A stretch of DNA of 64,000 nt, taken from IMG/VR virus record IMGVR_UViG_3300036647_000024, positions 4,985 to 68,984 of that record; one strand, 5' to 3'. The notes below the pieces were generated by a model. The model worked only from the letters and a program-made list of their open reading frames with translations. It made no database searches and had not been told where the DNA came from. Shown here piece after piece: positions 43,536 to 52,911 of this stretch (positions are counted from its first letter, which is position 1; the number at the start of each line of letters is the position of its first letter). This stretch comes from a virus. Lineage: Duplodnaviria; Caudoviricetes. Made by a program: the position numbers and the translations under genes.

Positions 43536-46500
43536 TGGCAAAAATATCCGACAAAGATCTTCAAAGATTTATTGATGATATAAATCAATCATCTGGTGGT
43601 GTTAAAACACCAGAACCTGCCTTTCAAAGATATAAAAAACAATTTCTTAGAGAACTAGATTTCGATGTTCTTCAGAAGTTTAGTCCAGAACAATTAATTG
43701 ATTCAGCTCGTACACAAGAAGAATTATTTATTCTTGGAGAACATTTAGAAGAAAAATGGGGACGTGACCACTATTGGTGGAAGAAGTATCACGAGAAACG
43801 TATTGAATTAGGTCATTCTCCTAGTTTCTATGGAATGGTTGATGATTCTGTTTCTGGAAAGAGACGAGGATTATGGGGAGTTCCTGTAAGTGCTCAAGAA
43901 TACATAAGAAATGAACATTTAGCTGGTCCTCAAGCAGTAGCTGTTAATAGAAGTTTAGTTCCTGCTACCTGGGAACAAGTATCTGGAAATAAAGTATTAT
44001 TTAATAAAGTTAACACTCCTGATGGTATTGTTTTAAGAAAATGGACCGGACTTAAGCCGCCAGTTCTAAAATCTAATACTTCTAGAAATGCTCTTATATT
44101 TGATATTGAAACTACAGGATTAATAGGAAAAGATAACTCAAATATTATCTCTGTTGGCTTATTAAACACTCAAACAGGCAAGTCTTCTGGTATATATGCT
44201 GATTTTAATCAATCTATTAAATATTCGGCTGCAATAGAAAACAAAATAATTCCACAATGGAAATCTGCTGTTCAAGCTTCTAGAATAACTCCAGTTACAG
44301 AAAGAGAGTTAGTAGAAGAAACAATATCTAGTTTCTCTAAAGCTGTATCTAGTGGACAAGCATTAATGGGATATAACATTAAAGAGTTTGATATCCCAAA
44401 AATATATGAAACTGCTAAAAAATATGGTCTTCACAAACAGTTTGAGAAAATAGTTAAACAGGCTGAAATAGTAGACGTAGCAGAACATGCTGTTCCTTTT
44501 CTGTCTAAACATTTAGGCAATAAATTTGTTGGTTGGCAAGAGTCAGAATTAGGATTAAAGCCTCTAGGTTGGCAGCTTGGTATTGTAGCTGAGTCTCTTG
44601 GTTATAATGTTAAGAATGCACATGAGGCTAAAGCTGATGTTGCTATGACAAGGTTTGTCTGGGACGCGCTTCAAAATGAAGAAAAAGCATCTGCTATATT
44701 TAAAGAGTCTGTTGCGTCGGGCAAATACGAACAATTAATTAAAGCTCATACAGGAAAAGAACTTGTTCCTGTAGCAAAGGCTAGCAAGTGGGCTAGTTTT
44801 ACAAAACCACTATTAGCATCAGAAGCTGATTATGCTAGACCATTTACAGAACATCTAGCTAAAATATATCCAAATGTTACCAAAGTAGCAGAGCCAGAAG
44901 TAGCTAATGCTGTTAAGTCTTTTATGGGCAAAAAGCTTCCATTTATTAATAAACATATTAAAGGAGCTACAGTTGGTAAGGCTTTAAGATATACAGGATA
45001 TTTTGCTTTATCTAATTTACTCTGGCCGGGAGATTTTTGGAGAGCAGCTACAGATACAGCTGCTTTTGATTTAGCTTCTTATGCTGCCAGAGGAAAAGGG
45101 AACTGGAAATATGTTGCTGGTATAGCTGCTTTAGGCGCTGCTAATACACTATATTCTGCACTTGAAAGTAAAGACAGTTTAGATTTATCTGGTTTTAGTG
45201 GAAAATTTAATTCTATTCCACCAGAAGTAATAGAACAAAATAAAGAAGGTTTACCCAATTCTTTAATGGGCGTTACTATTTCACCAGATATTCTATCTTT
45301 TAGAGAAAAGATTCTTGATAATCCAGAAGAAAAACAAGCACTAGAAGATAGAATTAAAGCTGCTCAAGCAAAAGCACAAGAAAACATTGATACTTTTAGA
45401 TCTAGCGACTTAAAACAAACAGATTTATCATCTATTGAGGGACTTAATCAAAAAAACCAAAATCTTAGAGAAGTTGATCTAAGTAACTTTAAATTAGAAG
45501 TAGAAGATGCCGATACTATCTTCCTTCATAGAAAAGGTATAAATCTTGATAATCCAATACAAATTAGACTTTCAGGTATAGATGCACCTGAAGTTGCTAG
45601 TCATGAACTTGATCCTCTAGAAGAAGTACGTATATTTCAAAATCAGCCTGGCGGAGAAGAAGCTACCAAAGCTTTAGAGGCAATATTAGCCAATCAAAAG
45701 AATATAAGACTTATTGTTGACGCGAAAAATAAAACATATGGCAGAAGTTTAGGTGTTCTTATTGGCGATGAAGATAGGAATATTGCTTATGATCTATTAT
45801 CTATTGGTGCAGTTTCAGCTTTGCCATTTGGTCCTTCTTCTGAAGATGTAGTTTCTAGAACGCCAGCTCAACAAATCGAAACAAGAGCCAGACAAGAAGA
45901 AGCTGGAATGTGGAGCTTGGCTAGATATAAAGCAATTCATAGAGCAACAGAAGCAATAGGAAATCCTCTTACATATAATACTTTAACAGAAAAAACTAAA
46001 TTAGGAGAAAATCTTAATCTCGGCGCGTATGCATCATTCCTTGAAGGCTTAGGAACAGAAAACAGGCAATTAACTTTAGAAGAAACAGTATTGTCTTCTA
46101 GATTAGGTAAGATTCTTAAAAACCAATATAGTGCAGCTGCATATCAACATAGATTTAGTGGAAAAGACGATAATTATAATACTATTGAAGGTTTACACCC
46201 ACAAAGTAATGGTCCAGGTGCACAAAAAGTTCAAGAAAATACAGAATTTGGTAGTGGTTGGGATCCAATTAGAGCAATGGCCCGTACAATATACAAAGGA
46301 TTAGATGAACAAGCTGCTTTTGATAAATTAAGAAGATCTTCTAAGTGGATGAGTGCATTAGAAGGTGCTAAAGAAATTAAACAGTTAAGTTATGGATCAT
46401 ATGGAACTACATTTTTAATGGAAGGAAAAATTGGTAAACAGTCATTTAATTTTATTAAGAAGATACCAGAAACTCCTTTATATAATGATTTTATACCAAA

Positions 46501-47122
46501 TCTTCCAAATAAATCTAAACGTCTAGCTGCTTTAAAAGAAGAAGCATCAATAATGCCATTAGTAGAAAATAGAATTGCTCCATCTTTATATGGCTTTAAA
46601 GGTGAATCTTTATACATGGAGTTAATGCCAGGAAAAACAGTACATGAATTAATTCAAGAAGGAACTCCTATTCCTAAAAAACAAATAGAAGATACAATAC
46701 GTAACGAGATTAGTAAAATATCAAAATCTGGAATAGTAAATACAGATATTCATACTGGAAATATTATGTTTGACCAAAGTACACAGAATGTATCATGGAT
46801 TGACTGGGGAATGGGTAAAACCATATCATCTGGAACTGATTATCAAAAAATGATCACAAATATGGAAAGTAAACTTATAACTCCAATACAACAATCTTCT
46901 GCTAAAATAAGCCAAAAAGAAAGTATAATTTCTGAAAATTGGGGAGAAGTAATGCCTAAAACTCCAATAAGAGTTAAATCCAGAATGTCTACTTCTAATA
47001 GAAAACAAGCTCTTAAACGCATGAAAAGATTCAATAAACTTTCAACTGATGCTGTTGGTATAGGATTAAAATCTGCTCATAATGCAGGAAGAAAACATAC
47101 AACATTTTCAACATTAGGATAA
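43535..47122 (+). CDS. multidomain protein: DEDDh exonuclease + SNase nuclease + protein-kinase-like domain
   Basis: FDIETTG/YNIKEFD/HEAKAD; DADTI..IRLSGIDAPE..YGRSLG; YGSYG..K..MELMPG..DIHTGN..IDWG. Confidence 0.8.
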   Translation: MAKISDKDLQRFIDDINQSSGGVKTPEPAFQRYKKQFLRELDFDVLQKFSPEQLIDSARTQEELFILGEHLEEKWGRDHYWWKKYHEKRIELGHSPSFYGMVDDSVSGKRRGLWGVPVSAQEYIRNEHLAGPQAVAVNRSLVPATWEQVSGNKVLFNKVNTPDGIVLRKWTGLKPPVLKSNTSRNALIFDIETTGLIGKDNSNIISVGLLNTQTGKSSGIYADFNQSIKYSAAIENKIIPQWKSAVQASRITPVTERELVEETISSFSKAVSSGQALMGYNIKEFDIPKIYETAKKYGLHKQFEKIVKQAEIVDVAEHAVPFLSKHLGNKFVGWQESELGLKPLGWQLGIVAESLGYNVKNAHEAKADVAMTRFVWDALQNEEKASAIFKESVASGKYEQLIKAHTGKELVPVAKASKWASFTKPLLASEADYARPFTEHLAKIYPNVTKVAEPEVANAVKSFMGKKLPFINKHIKGATVGKALRYTGYFALSNLLWPGDFWRAATDTAAFDLASYAARGKGNWKYVAGIAALGAANTLYSALESKDSLDLSGFSGKFNSIPPEVIEQNKEGLPNSLMGVTISPDILSFREKILDNPEEKQALEDRIKAAQAKAQENIDTFRSSDLKQTDLSSIEGLNQKNQNLREVDLSNFKLEVEDADTIFLHRKGINLDNPIQIRLSGIDAPEVASHELDPLEEVRIFQNQPGGEEATKALEAILANQKNIRLIVDAKNKTYGRSLGVLIGDEDRNIAYDLLSIGAVSALPFGPSSEDVVSRTPAQQIETRARQEEAGMWSLARYKAIHRATEAIGNPLTYNTLTEKTKLGENLNLGAYASFLEGLGTENRQLTLEETVLSSRLGKILKNQYSAAAYQHRFSGKDDNYNTIEGLHPQSNGPGAQKVQENTEFGSGWDPIRAMARTIYKGLDEQAAFDKLRRSSKWMSALEGAKEIKQLSYGSYGTTFLMEGKIGKQSFNFIKKIPETPLYNDFIPNLPNKSKRLAALKEEASIMPLVENRIAPSLYGFKGESLYMELMPGKTVHELIQEGTPIPKKQIEDTIRNEISKISKSGIVNTDIHTGNIMFDQSTQNVSWIDWGMGKTISSGTDYQKMITNMESKLITPIQQSSAKISQKESIISENWGEVMPKTPIRVKSRMSTSNRKQALKRMKRFNKLSTDAVGIGLKSAHNAGRKHTTFSTLG

Positions 47123-47175
47123 ATAAGTGTATAATAATAATGGATACTTTTCTTTTAAGGAGAAGGTGATTTAAC

Positions 47176-47619
47176 ATGAGTATGCTTGGTAGATTCGCAC
47201 TTAGAGCTTTAGCAGGTGGAGCTGCTGGTGGAATGATGACTGGTAGTTGGGGTGGTGTTGCAGGTGGTGCAGCAGTTGCTGGCTTGGGTGGCGGAATGAT
47301 GAGTAGATATGGTAGAGGATTAAATTTTGCTGGTGGTGTTGAGAAAGGTTTAGGAGCCGGAATACTTGGAGCTTCTATTGGTGCGGGCTCAAGAGGTCTT
47401 GGTAGATGGTCTAATAAATTATCTGGAGTAGGTTTAGCTGCCAACATGGGATCAAGAGGTTTAACCGGTATTGGTAGAGGTTTAATTGGTGCTAGAAACT
47501 TTATTGGCAGAAAATCTGTTGCTACTAATAAAATAGGTGGTTATGCTATGGCTTCGATGGGTGCTGGTGCTGGTGCCTATATTGGTTCTACTGTTCTTTC
47601 TTCAAATAGAGGATACTAA
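47176..47619 (+). CDS. Gly-rich glycine-zipper protein (possible ejected virion protein)
   Basis: Dense GxxxG helices. Confidence 0.6.
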   Translation: MSMLGRFALRALAGGAAGGMMTGSWGGVAGGAAVAGLGGGMMSRYGRGLNFAGGVEKGLGAGILGASIGAGSRGLGRWSNKLSGVGLAANMGSRGLTGIGRGLIGARNFIGRKSVATNKIGGYAMASMGAGAGAYIGSTVLSSNRGY

Positions 47620-47621
47620 TT

Positions 47622-48422
47622 GTGCCACGGTGGTCTGATAATCCTAACTATAACTATCTGAAAAATAAGAGACTGGAATTTGCTGCTGATGTGAACACAT
47701 TTGGCAAGCAATACTTTGCTTCTAATTTTTCTAGAGGTGGTTTTGCAGCTACTGCATTTGCCGCTACTCCAGGAGAAGCATTTAGATCTGCTTTTCGGAA
47801 TAATGTTGAGTATGGTGGAGATATCCATTTGGCCCGCATGAAAGCAATGGCACAAGCAGATCCATCACTTTTAGAGTCTAATGCTTGGAAGAATCAATTT
47901 AGAAAAGTTTATGGAGCTAATAGATATGGACAAAGAGGATTTTCTAAAGCAGCTTCAGGATTTTCAGGTGTATTAGGGAAAGCCCTTCCTATTGGCTTTT
48001 TTGCCTTGCCAGCATTTACAACTCCCGGTGGATTAGAAGAAAAAGCTAGAGCGACCCTTGGTGGTGCAGCAAGTTACATTGGATGGGAACTTGGTTCCAA
48101 GTTTGGAATGGGAACAGGAGCAGCTATTGGTAGTATAATTCCTGGATTTGGTACAGCAATTGGTGCTGGAGTTGGATATATTGTTGGTGGTTTCGCTGGA
48201 GCAATAGGATTTGATGAAGGTACTCAAGCTTTAACACGAATTCCAGATGCTATGGTCAAAAGAGAAAGAGAAAGAAGAAGATTAGATTGGGTTGGAAGCA
48301 AAAATGCTTTTCAGACTCAATCAGCTGCTACTATGAGACAACAATCTATGCTTGCAATGAGTAGAGGGTTAATGAATGCTAGATCTGCACTTGGCAGAGA
48401 AGCAGTAATGATGCATCGATAA
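47622..48422 (+). CDS. Gly/Ala-rich glycine-zipper protein
   Basis: GTGAAIGSIIPGFGTAIGAGVGYIVGG. Confidence 0.65.
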   Translation: MPRWSDNPNYNYLKNKRLEFAADVNTFGKQYFASNFSRGGFAATAFAATPGEAFRSAFRNNVEYGGDIHLARMKAMAQADPSLLESNAWKNQFRKVYGANRYGQRGFSKAASGFSGVLGKALPIGFFALPAFTTPGGLEEKARATLGGAASYIGWELGSKFGMGTGAAIGSIIPGFGTAIGAGVGYIVGGFAGAIGFDEGTQALTRIPDAMVKRERERRRLDWVGSKNAFQTQSAATMRQQSMLAMSRGLMNARSALGREAVMMHR

Positions 48423-51400
48423 TGACTAATGAAACAGACAACTTAGAAGATCTAAGAAAAATAGATTTACCTTTTGATATAGACAATGTAGATCCTCAAT
48501 GTATAAAGTGTGTTCGTAATCAGCTTAAGAAATATGAAAAATATGCTTTCAAAGATGAAACTATGGCTACAGGTAAATTCCTTGTGCCGTGTACTGGAAT
48601 TCCAAAACATATTATAGATCCAACTGTTAAGTCTTCTTTAACTGATGATCAACTAGAAGATTATATGTCAGTTATTGACCCGATTACATTTGCAAAGCGG
48701 TTTATTCAAGACAACAAAGGGAATCCTTGGATTGCAAGAGATCCACATCAAGTTGAAGTGCTAAAGTGTACTTCTCGTAGACGGGTATTACGTATAAGCA
48801 GGAGGACCGGAAAAACGGCTTTGGTAGTTGTTGATATTATATTTAATGCATATACTAACAAGAAGAAAAAAATTCTTGTCATTGGCCCACAAAAGAAGCA
48901 TACACAGGAAGTCTTTAACAGGATTAAAGAGATTATATATGCAAATCCAATATTATCAGATTCTGTTGTGACAGATGTTACAGCACCACACCCAAAGATT
49001 GTATTTAAGAACGGAACAGAAATTAGAGGTTTTGCTGGCGGTGCAAAAGGAAAAGGAGAAGGTTTAGCTGTTCGTGGAGAAGATGCCGATTTAATTTATT
49101 GTTTTCCAAAAGGAACTCTTGTTTCTACTTCTGTATTTGGGGTTCGTCCAATTGAAAGTTTACGGTTAAAAGATACTATTTTAGGTGGAAATCAAGAAGG
49201 AATACAGATTGGTGAAATAACAAACCTACTGCTTAATAAAGGACAAACAATGACTTTGTCTACCGCATTAGGAAAAATTACATGTACACCTGATCATCCT
49301 TTGTTTAATGGCAAAGAAGATATTCCTGCAAAACAAGCTGATAGTGTTATATTTTCTCTAGCTCACCAGAATCTTACTTTCAGTAAAGAAGTTATATTAG
49401 CTAGACTGCTTGGATTTGTGTATGGAGATGGATGGGCTAGCCAAAAATCAATTGGTTTTTCTGGACAACCTGAAGATTTAGAACAAGTCATAGAAGACCT
49501 TTCTTTACTAGGAGACATTCGACATAAAGTTTCATCTAGAACTACAGAAAATAAGAAAAGAAACATTAAAGGATTTGGAGCAGAATTTCATTCTCAATAT
49601 CTATATCCTATATTAAAAGATTTCCTTCCACAAGGCAAAAAAGTGTATCAACCTATTCGAGTACCAAAACATATTATGAATGGACTTGATTATTTAAAAA
49701 CTTCATTTTTGTCAGGATTATTTTCTGCAGAGGCAACTTCTTTTAAGTTTCAGAAAAATGGAATAACTCCACGTTCTATAGAATTAAAGATGTGTAGTTC
49801 TAAAGAAAATTGGATACGCGATTGGTTTAAAGATATTTCAACTTTATTGGCTGATATTGGTATTGATTATTCTTTAAAGTTTAAATATTTTTTTGACGAA
49901 TATAATAAAGAATCACGATATTATGGCATAATCAAAGTTTTTGGAGAAGAAAGCAATCTTCTTAAATATGCCAATAAGATTGGATATTGTTACAATTATC
50001 AGAAAACTATTGATATGAATTCATTTTTAGCATATTCACATTATAAAAAAATATGGAAACAAAAATGCTGGAGAAGAAATCGTATTATTAGAAAATATGA
50101 AAATTGTTCTTCATCTGAAGCAGCAAGACGAACAAAAATAAACAAAGCAACTATTAAATATCATAGAAGTCATGATATTTATAACAATCTATATTCTGAA
50201 AACCTTTTAACTTGTAAAGAATATATTAACAAAATTACTTGGAAAGAAAATTTTGTTGTTTTGCCTATTTACAAGCAAAGTACAAGATATAACCAGGAAG
50301 AGCCTTTAGTAGATGTATATAATTTAACATCAACAGCTAGTAATAGATATTTTGCATCTGGTATTTTTACTCATAATTGTGAAGAAGCTGCGTATATAGA
50401 AGAAGATTCATTTAAAAGTGTTATTTCACCAATTCTGTATACAACACCTGAAGTTAAGCTAACAGCGTTTTCTACTCCAGCCCCATTTAGAAATACTTTT
50501 TATCAATATTGTAAAGAAAATCCTATTTATAAAGAATATCATTATAACTATAAAGTATTGCCTTGGTGGAAACAAATCGAGCAAGAAAGAGAGAATCTAA
50601 CAGAAGATCAGTGGAAAACTGAGTACCTAGCAGAATTTCCAGAGGGTGATGCAGGTGTATATAAGCCTTCTTATATTGATAGAGCATTAAAAACATATTT
50701 GTATTCAGAAATACAACCACATATGATGTGGAGATATGTTATGGGTGTAGATTGGAATGAAAAACATGGTGCTGAAATTGTCGTTATTGGATACAATCCT
50801 CTAACAAGGAGATATCAAGTTGTTGAAGCTGAATGTATTGAATCTTCTGAATTTACACAACTTAAAAGTGTTGATAAAGTTATTGAGCTAAACAAAAAGT
50901 GGAGACCATCTTTTGTATATATTGATTCTGGAAATGGCTCTACTAATGCGGAATTATTAAGAAAAACAGCACAAGAGCATTCAATGAACAATGGTGATTT
51001 TGCTACTGCTAAATTACTAATGACACTTAGAAAATATGATTCAGGTGCTAGTATTACAACTAGAGATCCTATTACAAATGAAAAGTTAAAAAAACCTGCT
51101 AAATCTTTTATGGTTAATGCTGCTGTAAGAATGTTTGAACAAGGACTTATTAATATTTCTACACATGATCATATATTAGAAAAACAACTCAGAAACTATA
51201 TTATTGAACGTATGACCCCAACTGGAAATCCTGTATATGGTCTTCAAGAACCAAAAGTATTAGATCATAGACTAGATGCTTTTAACCTTGCATGTGTAGG
51301 TTTTCAACTTGAATTTAATGATTTACATGTAGTACAACATGTTAACAGAGCTGGTGCAGCATTAGACCCAAGAATTATACAAACAAATGAAAAAGGTCAA

Positions 51401-51643
51401 AAAGAGCTTATTAAAAATGTACCAGAACAAAGAAGTATGGACACTATAAAAACTCCACTAGAAGCTATTGCTTTTCCATATTTACCAGGGAGAGTAGATA
51501 CACTAGAAGGTATTAGAACAAATCGTCTTGGCTGGGATACAGACCAAGAAGAACTTGAAAAAGCAAAATTTATACAAAGAAGACGTTCTCATGATAAAAT
51601 TCGTGGTAGGTTTAGCAAAAAACCAAAGAGAACTAATATTTAG
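48422..51643 (+). CDS. terL: terminase large subunit, intein-containing
   Basis: SRRTGKT Walker A, Walker B split by the intein, STP coupling motif, MGVDW nuclease motif, DHRLDA. Confidence 0.92.
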   Translation: MTNETDNLEDLRKIDLPFDIDNVDPQCIKCVRNQLKKYEKYAFKDETMATGKFLVPCTGIPKHIIDPTVKSSLTDDQLEDYMSVIDPITFAKRFIQDNKGNPWIARDPHQVEVLKCTSRRRVLRISRRTGKTALVVVDIIFNAYTNKKKKILVIGPQKKHTQEVFNRIKEIIYANPILSDSVVTDVTAPHPKIVFKNGTEIRGFAGGAKGKGEGLAVRGEDADLIYCFPKGTLVSTSVFGVRPIESLRLKDTILGGNQEGIQIGEITNLLLNKGQTMTLSTALGKITCTPDHPLFNGKEDIPAKQADSVIFSLAHQNLTFSKEVILARLLGFVYGDGWASQKSIGFSGQPEDLEQVIEDLSLLGDIRHKVSSRTTENKKRNIKGFGAEFHSQYLYPILKDFLPQGKKVYQPIRVPKHIMNGLDYLKTSFLSGLFSAEATSFKFQKNGITPRSIELKMCSSKENWIRDWFKDISTLLADIGIDYSLKFKYFFDEYNKESRYYGIIKVFGEESNLLKYANKIGYCYNYQKTIDMNSFLAYSHYKKIWKQKCWRRNRIIRKYENCSSSEAARRTKINKATIKYHRSHDIYNNLYSENLLTCKEYINKITWKENFVVLPIYKQSTRYNQEEPLVDVYNLTSTASNRYFASGIFTHNCEEAAYIEEDSFKSVISPILYTTPEVKLTAFSTPAPFRNTFYQYCKENPIYKEYHYNYKVLPWWKQIEQERENLTEDQWKTEYLAEFPEGDAGVYKPSYIDRALKTYLYSEIQPHMMWRYVMGVDWNEKHGAEIVVIGYNPLTRRYQVVEAECIESSEFTQLKSVDKVIELNKKWRPSFVYIDSGNGSTNAELLRKTAQEHSMNNGDFATAKLLMTLRKYDSGASITTRDPITNEKLKKPAKSFMVNAAVRMFEQGLINISTHDHILEKQLRNYIIERMTPTGNPVYGLQEPKVLDHRLDAFNLACVGFQLEFNDLHVVQHVNRAGAALDPRIIQTNEKGQKELIKNVPEQRSMDTIKTPLEAIAFPYLPGRVDTLEGIRTNRLGWDTDQEELEKAKFIQRRRSHDKIRGRFSKKPKRTNI
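49100..50377 (+). mobile_element. intein with LAGLIDADG homing endonuclease (426 aa)
   Basis: Starts CFPKGT, ends FTHN followed by Cys; LLGFVYGDG and FLSGLFSAE blocks. Confidence 0.93.
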
Positions 51644-51651
51644 GAGGATTA

Positions 51652-52116
51652 ATGACACTTGGTCTTTATTATAGAAATACTTCAGGTTCTTATGTTGCAG
51701 TATCTACTGCGCCTGATTTAAGTTCCCCAATTACTACAACCCATGATGGCAAAAATGGAGATGTCAAAACTGTTCTTTTATATATTAGAAATGATAATGC
51801 TGCACTCTGGTATTCTAATATTAGGATTAGACCAATAGATACACTAGAAGCTTATCCATATGGAGATGTTATCTTTACTGAAACAGGATGGGGAATTAAG
51901 CTATCAAGTGGTGGAACAGCTCCAACAGCATCTGAATGGGACGATATTCTTTGGGGTAATGAATTATCTATGGATAATATTGGAACAAATAGTTTAGGTA
52001 ACACAACAACATATTATCCGTTCTATTATTATATTGTTTCTCCTCCTAATATACCTGCTGCAAATAAAACAGATATTCAATTAGATGTAAGATATACAGA
52101 AAATTCGGTGTCATAA
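51652..52116 (+). CDS. putative virion structural protein
   Basis: Beta-rich 154 aa in the head module. Confidence 0.6.
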   Translation: MTLGLYYRNTSGSYVAVSTAPDLSSPITTTHDGKNGDVKTVLLYIRNDNAALWYSNIRIRPIDTLEAYPYGDVIFTETGWGIKLSSGGTAPTASEWDDILWGNELSMDNIGTNSLGNTTTYYPFYYYIVSPPNIPAANKTDIQLDVRYTENSVS

Positions 52117-52526
52117 TGAGAAATCTTAAAGACATGCTTACTCCAGATGATTTTGCACTAATAAATGCAGATACTAGTGTAAACTGGATTCCTAAAGACC
52201 CACAAGAAGTAATTCTTCCATATATGAACATAGACTCTTCTGAAGAAGAAGAAAAAATAGAAGAACAAAGAAGAAAATCAAAAGAAGTAATAGATGGATA
52301 TTCTAAAATTATTAAAGAATGTAAACAACTTGAAGCTGTAATTGAAGATAGATGTAAAAATGTAAAAACAACAATTAATAGACAAGAACATCTTCCAGTA
52401 ATTCAAGCAATGGCAAGAGTGTTTGGCCAAGGCGAACAGACTGAGATAACTTTTGAACATTATAAAGCATGTATTAAAGCATTAGCAGACTTGAATAATC
52501 AAATTCCTAAACCAGGAGATAAGTAA
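52116..52526 (+). CDS. hypothetical protein
   Basis: 136 aa, translationally coupled. Confidence 0.65.
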   Translation: MRNLKDMLTPDDFALINADTSVNWIPKDPQEVILPYMNIDSSEEEEKIEEQRRKSKEVIDGYSKIIKECKQLEAVIEDRCKNVKTTINRQEHLPVIQAMARVFGQGEQTEITFEHYKACIKALADLNNQIPKPGDK

Positions 52527-52527
52527 A

Positions 52528-52911
52528 ATGATGGTGGCAGGTTTAGATCTAGAACAATATGATACAACTGGTGGAACAATTATCTATGGAAAATTGTTTC
52601 CTAAATTACTAAAAGACTTTTTGACAAGAGAAGATGCCAAAGAGATGATGAAATCATCTAATCTTCAGGTTACTACTAATGTTCGAGTAAATCCAGGACA
52701 AGCTGTTTCTGCTCCTCCTCCTTCTGGAGCTGGATCTACAACTTCTCCAGGGACAGGATCTGGTAGTGGACAAGTAAGAGCAATTTATAAAGGCGAGCAA
52801 GCTATGCCAGCATCTAAAATTTTAGAACAAAGAAGGAAATTAGAAAAAGAATTAGGAACAGAAACTATTGACACAGAAATATCCGCTATTGAAGAAATTG
52901 CAGGAGTTTAA
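52528..52911 (+). CDS. hypothetical protein
   Basis: 127 aa with a Gly/Ser/Pro linker. Confidence 0.65.
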   Translation: MMVAGLDLEQYDTTGGTIIYGKLFPKLLKDFLTREDAKEMMKSSNLQVTTNVRVNPGQAVSAPPPSGAGSTTSPGTGSGSGQVRAIYKGEQAMPASKILEQRRKLEKELGTETIDTEISAIEEIAGV

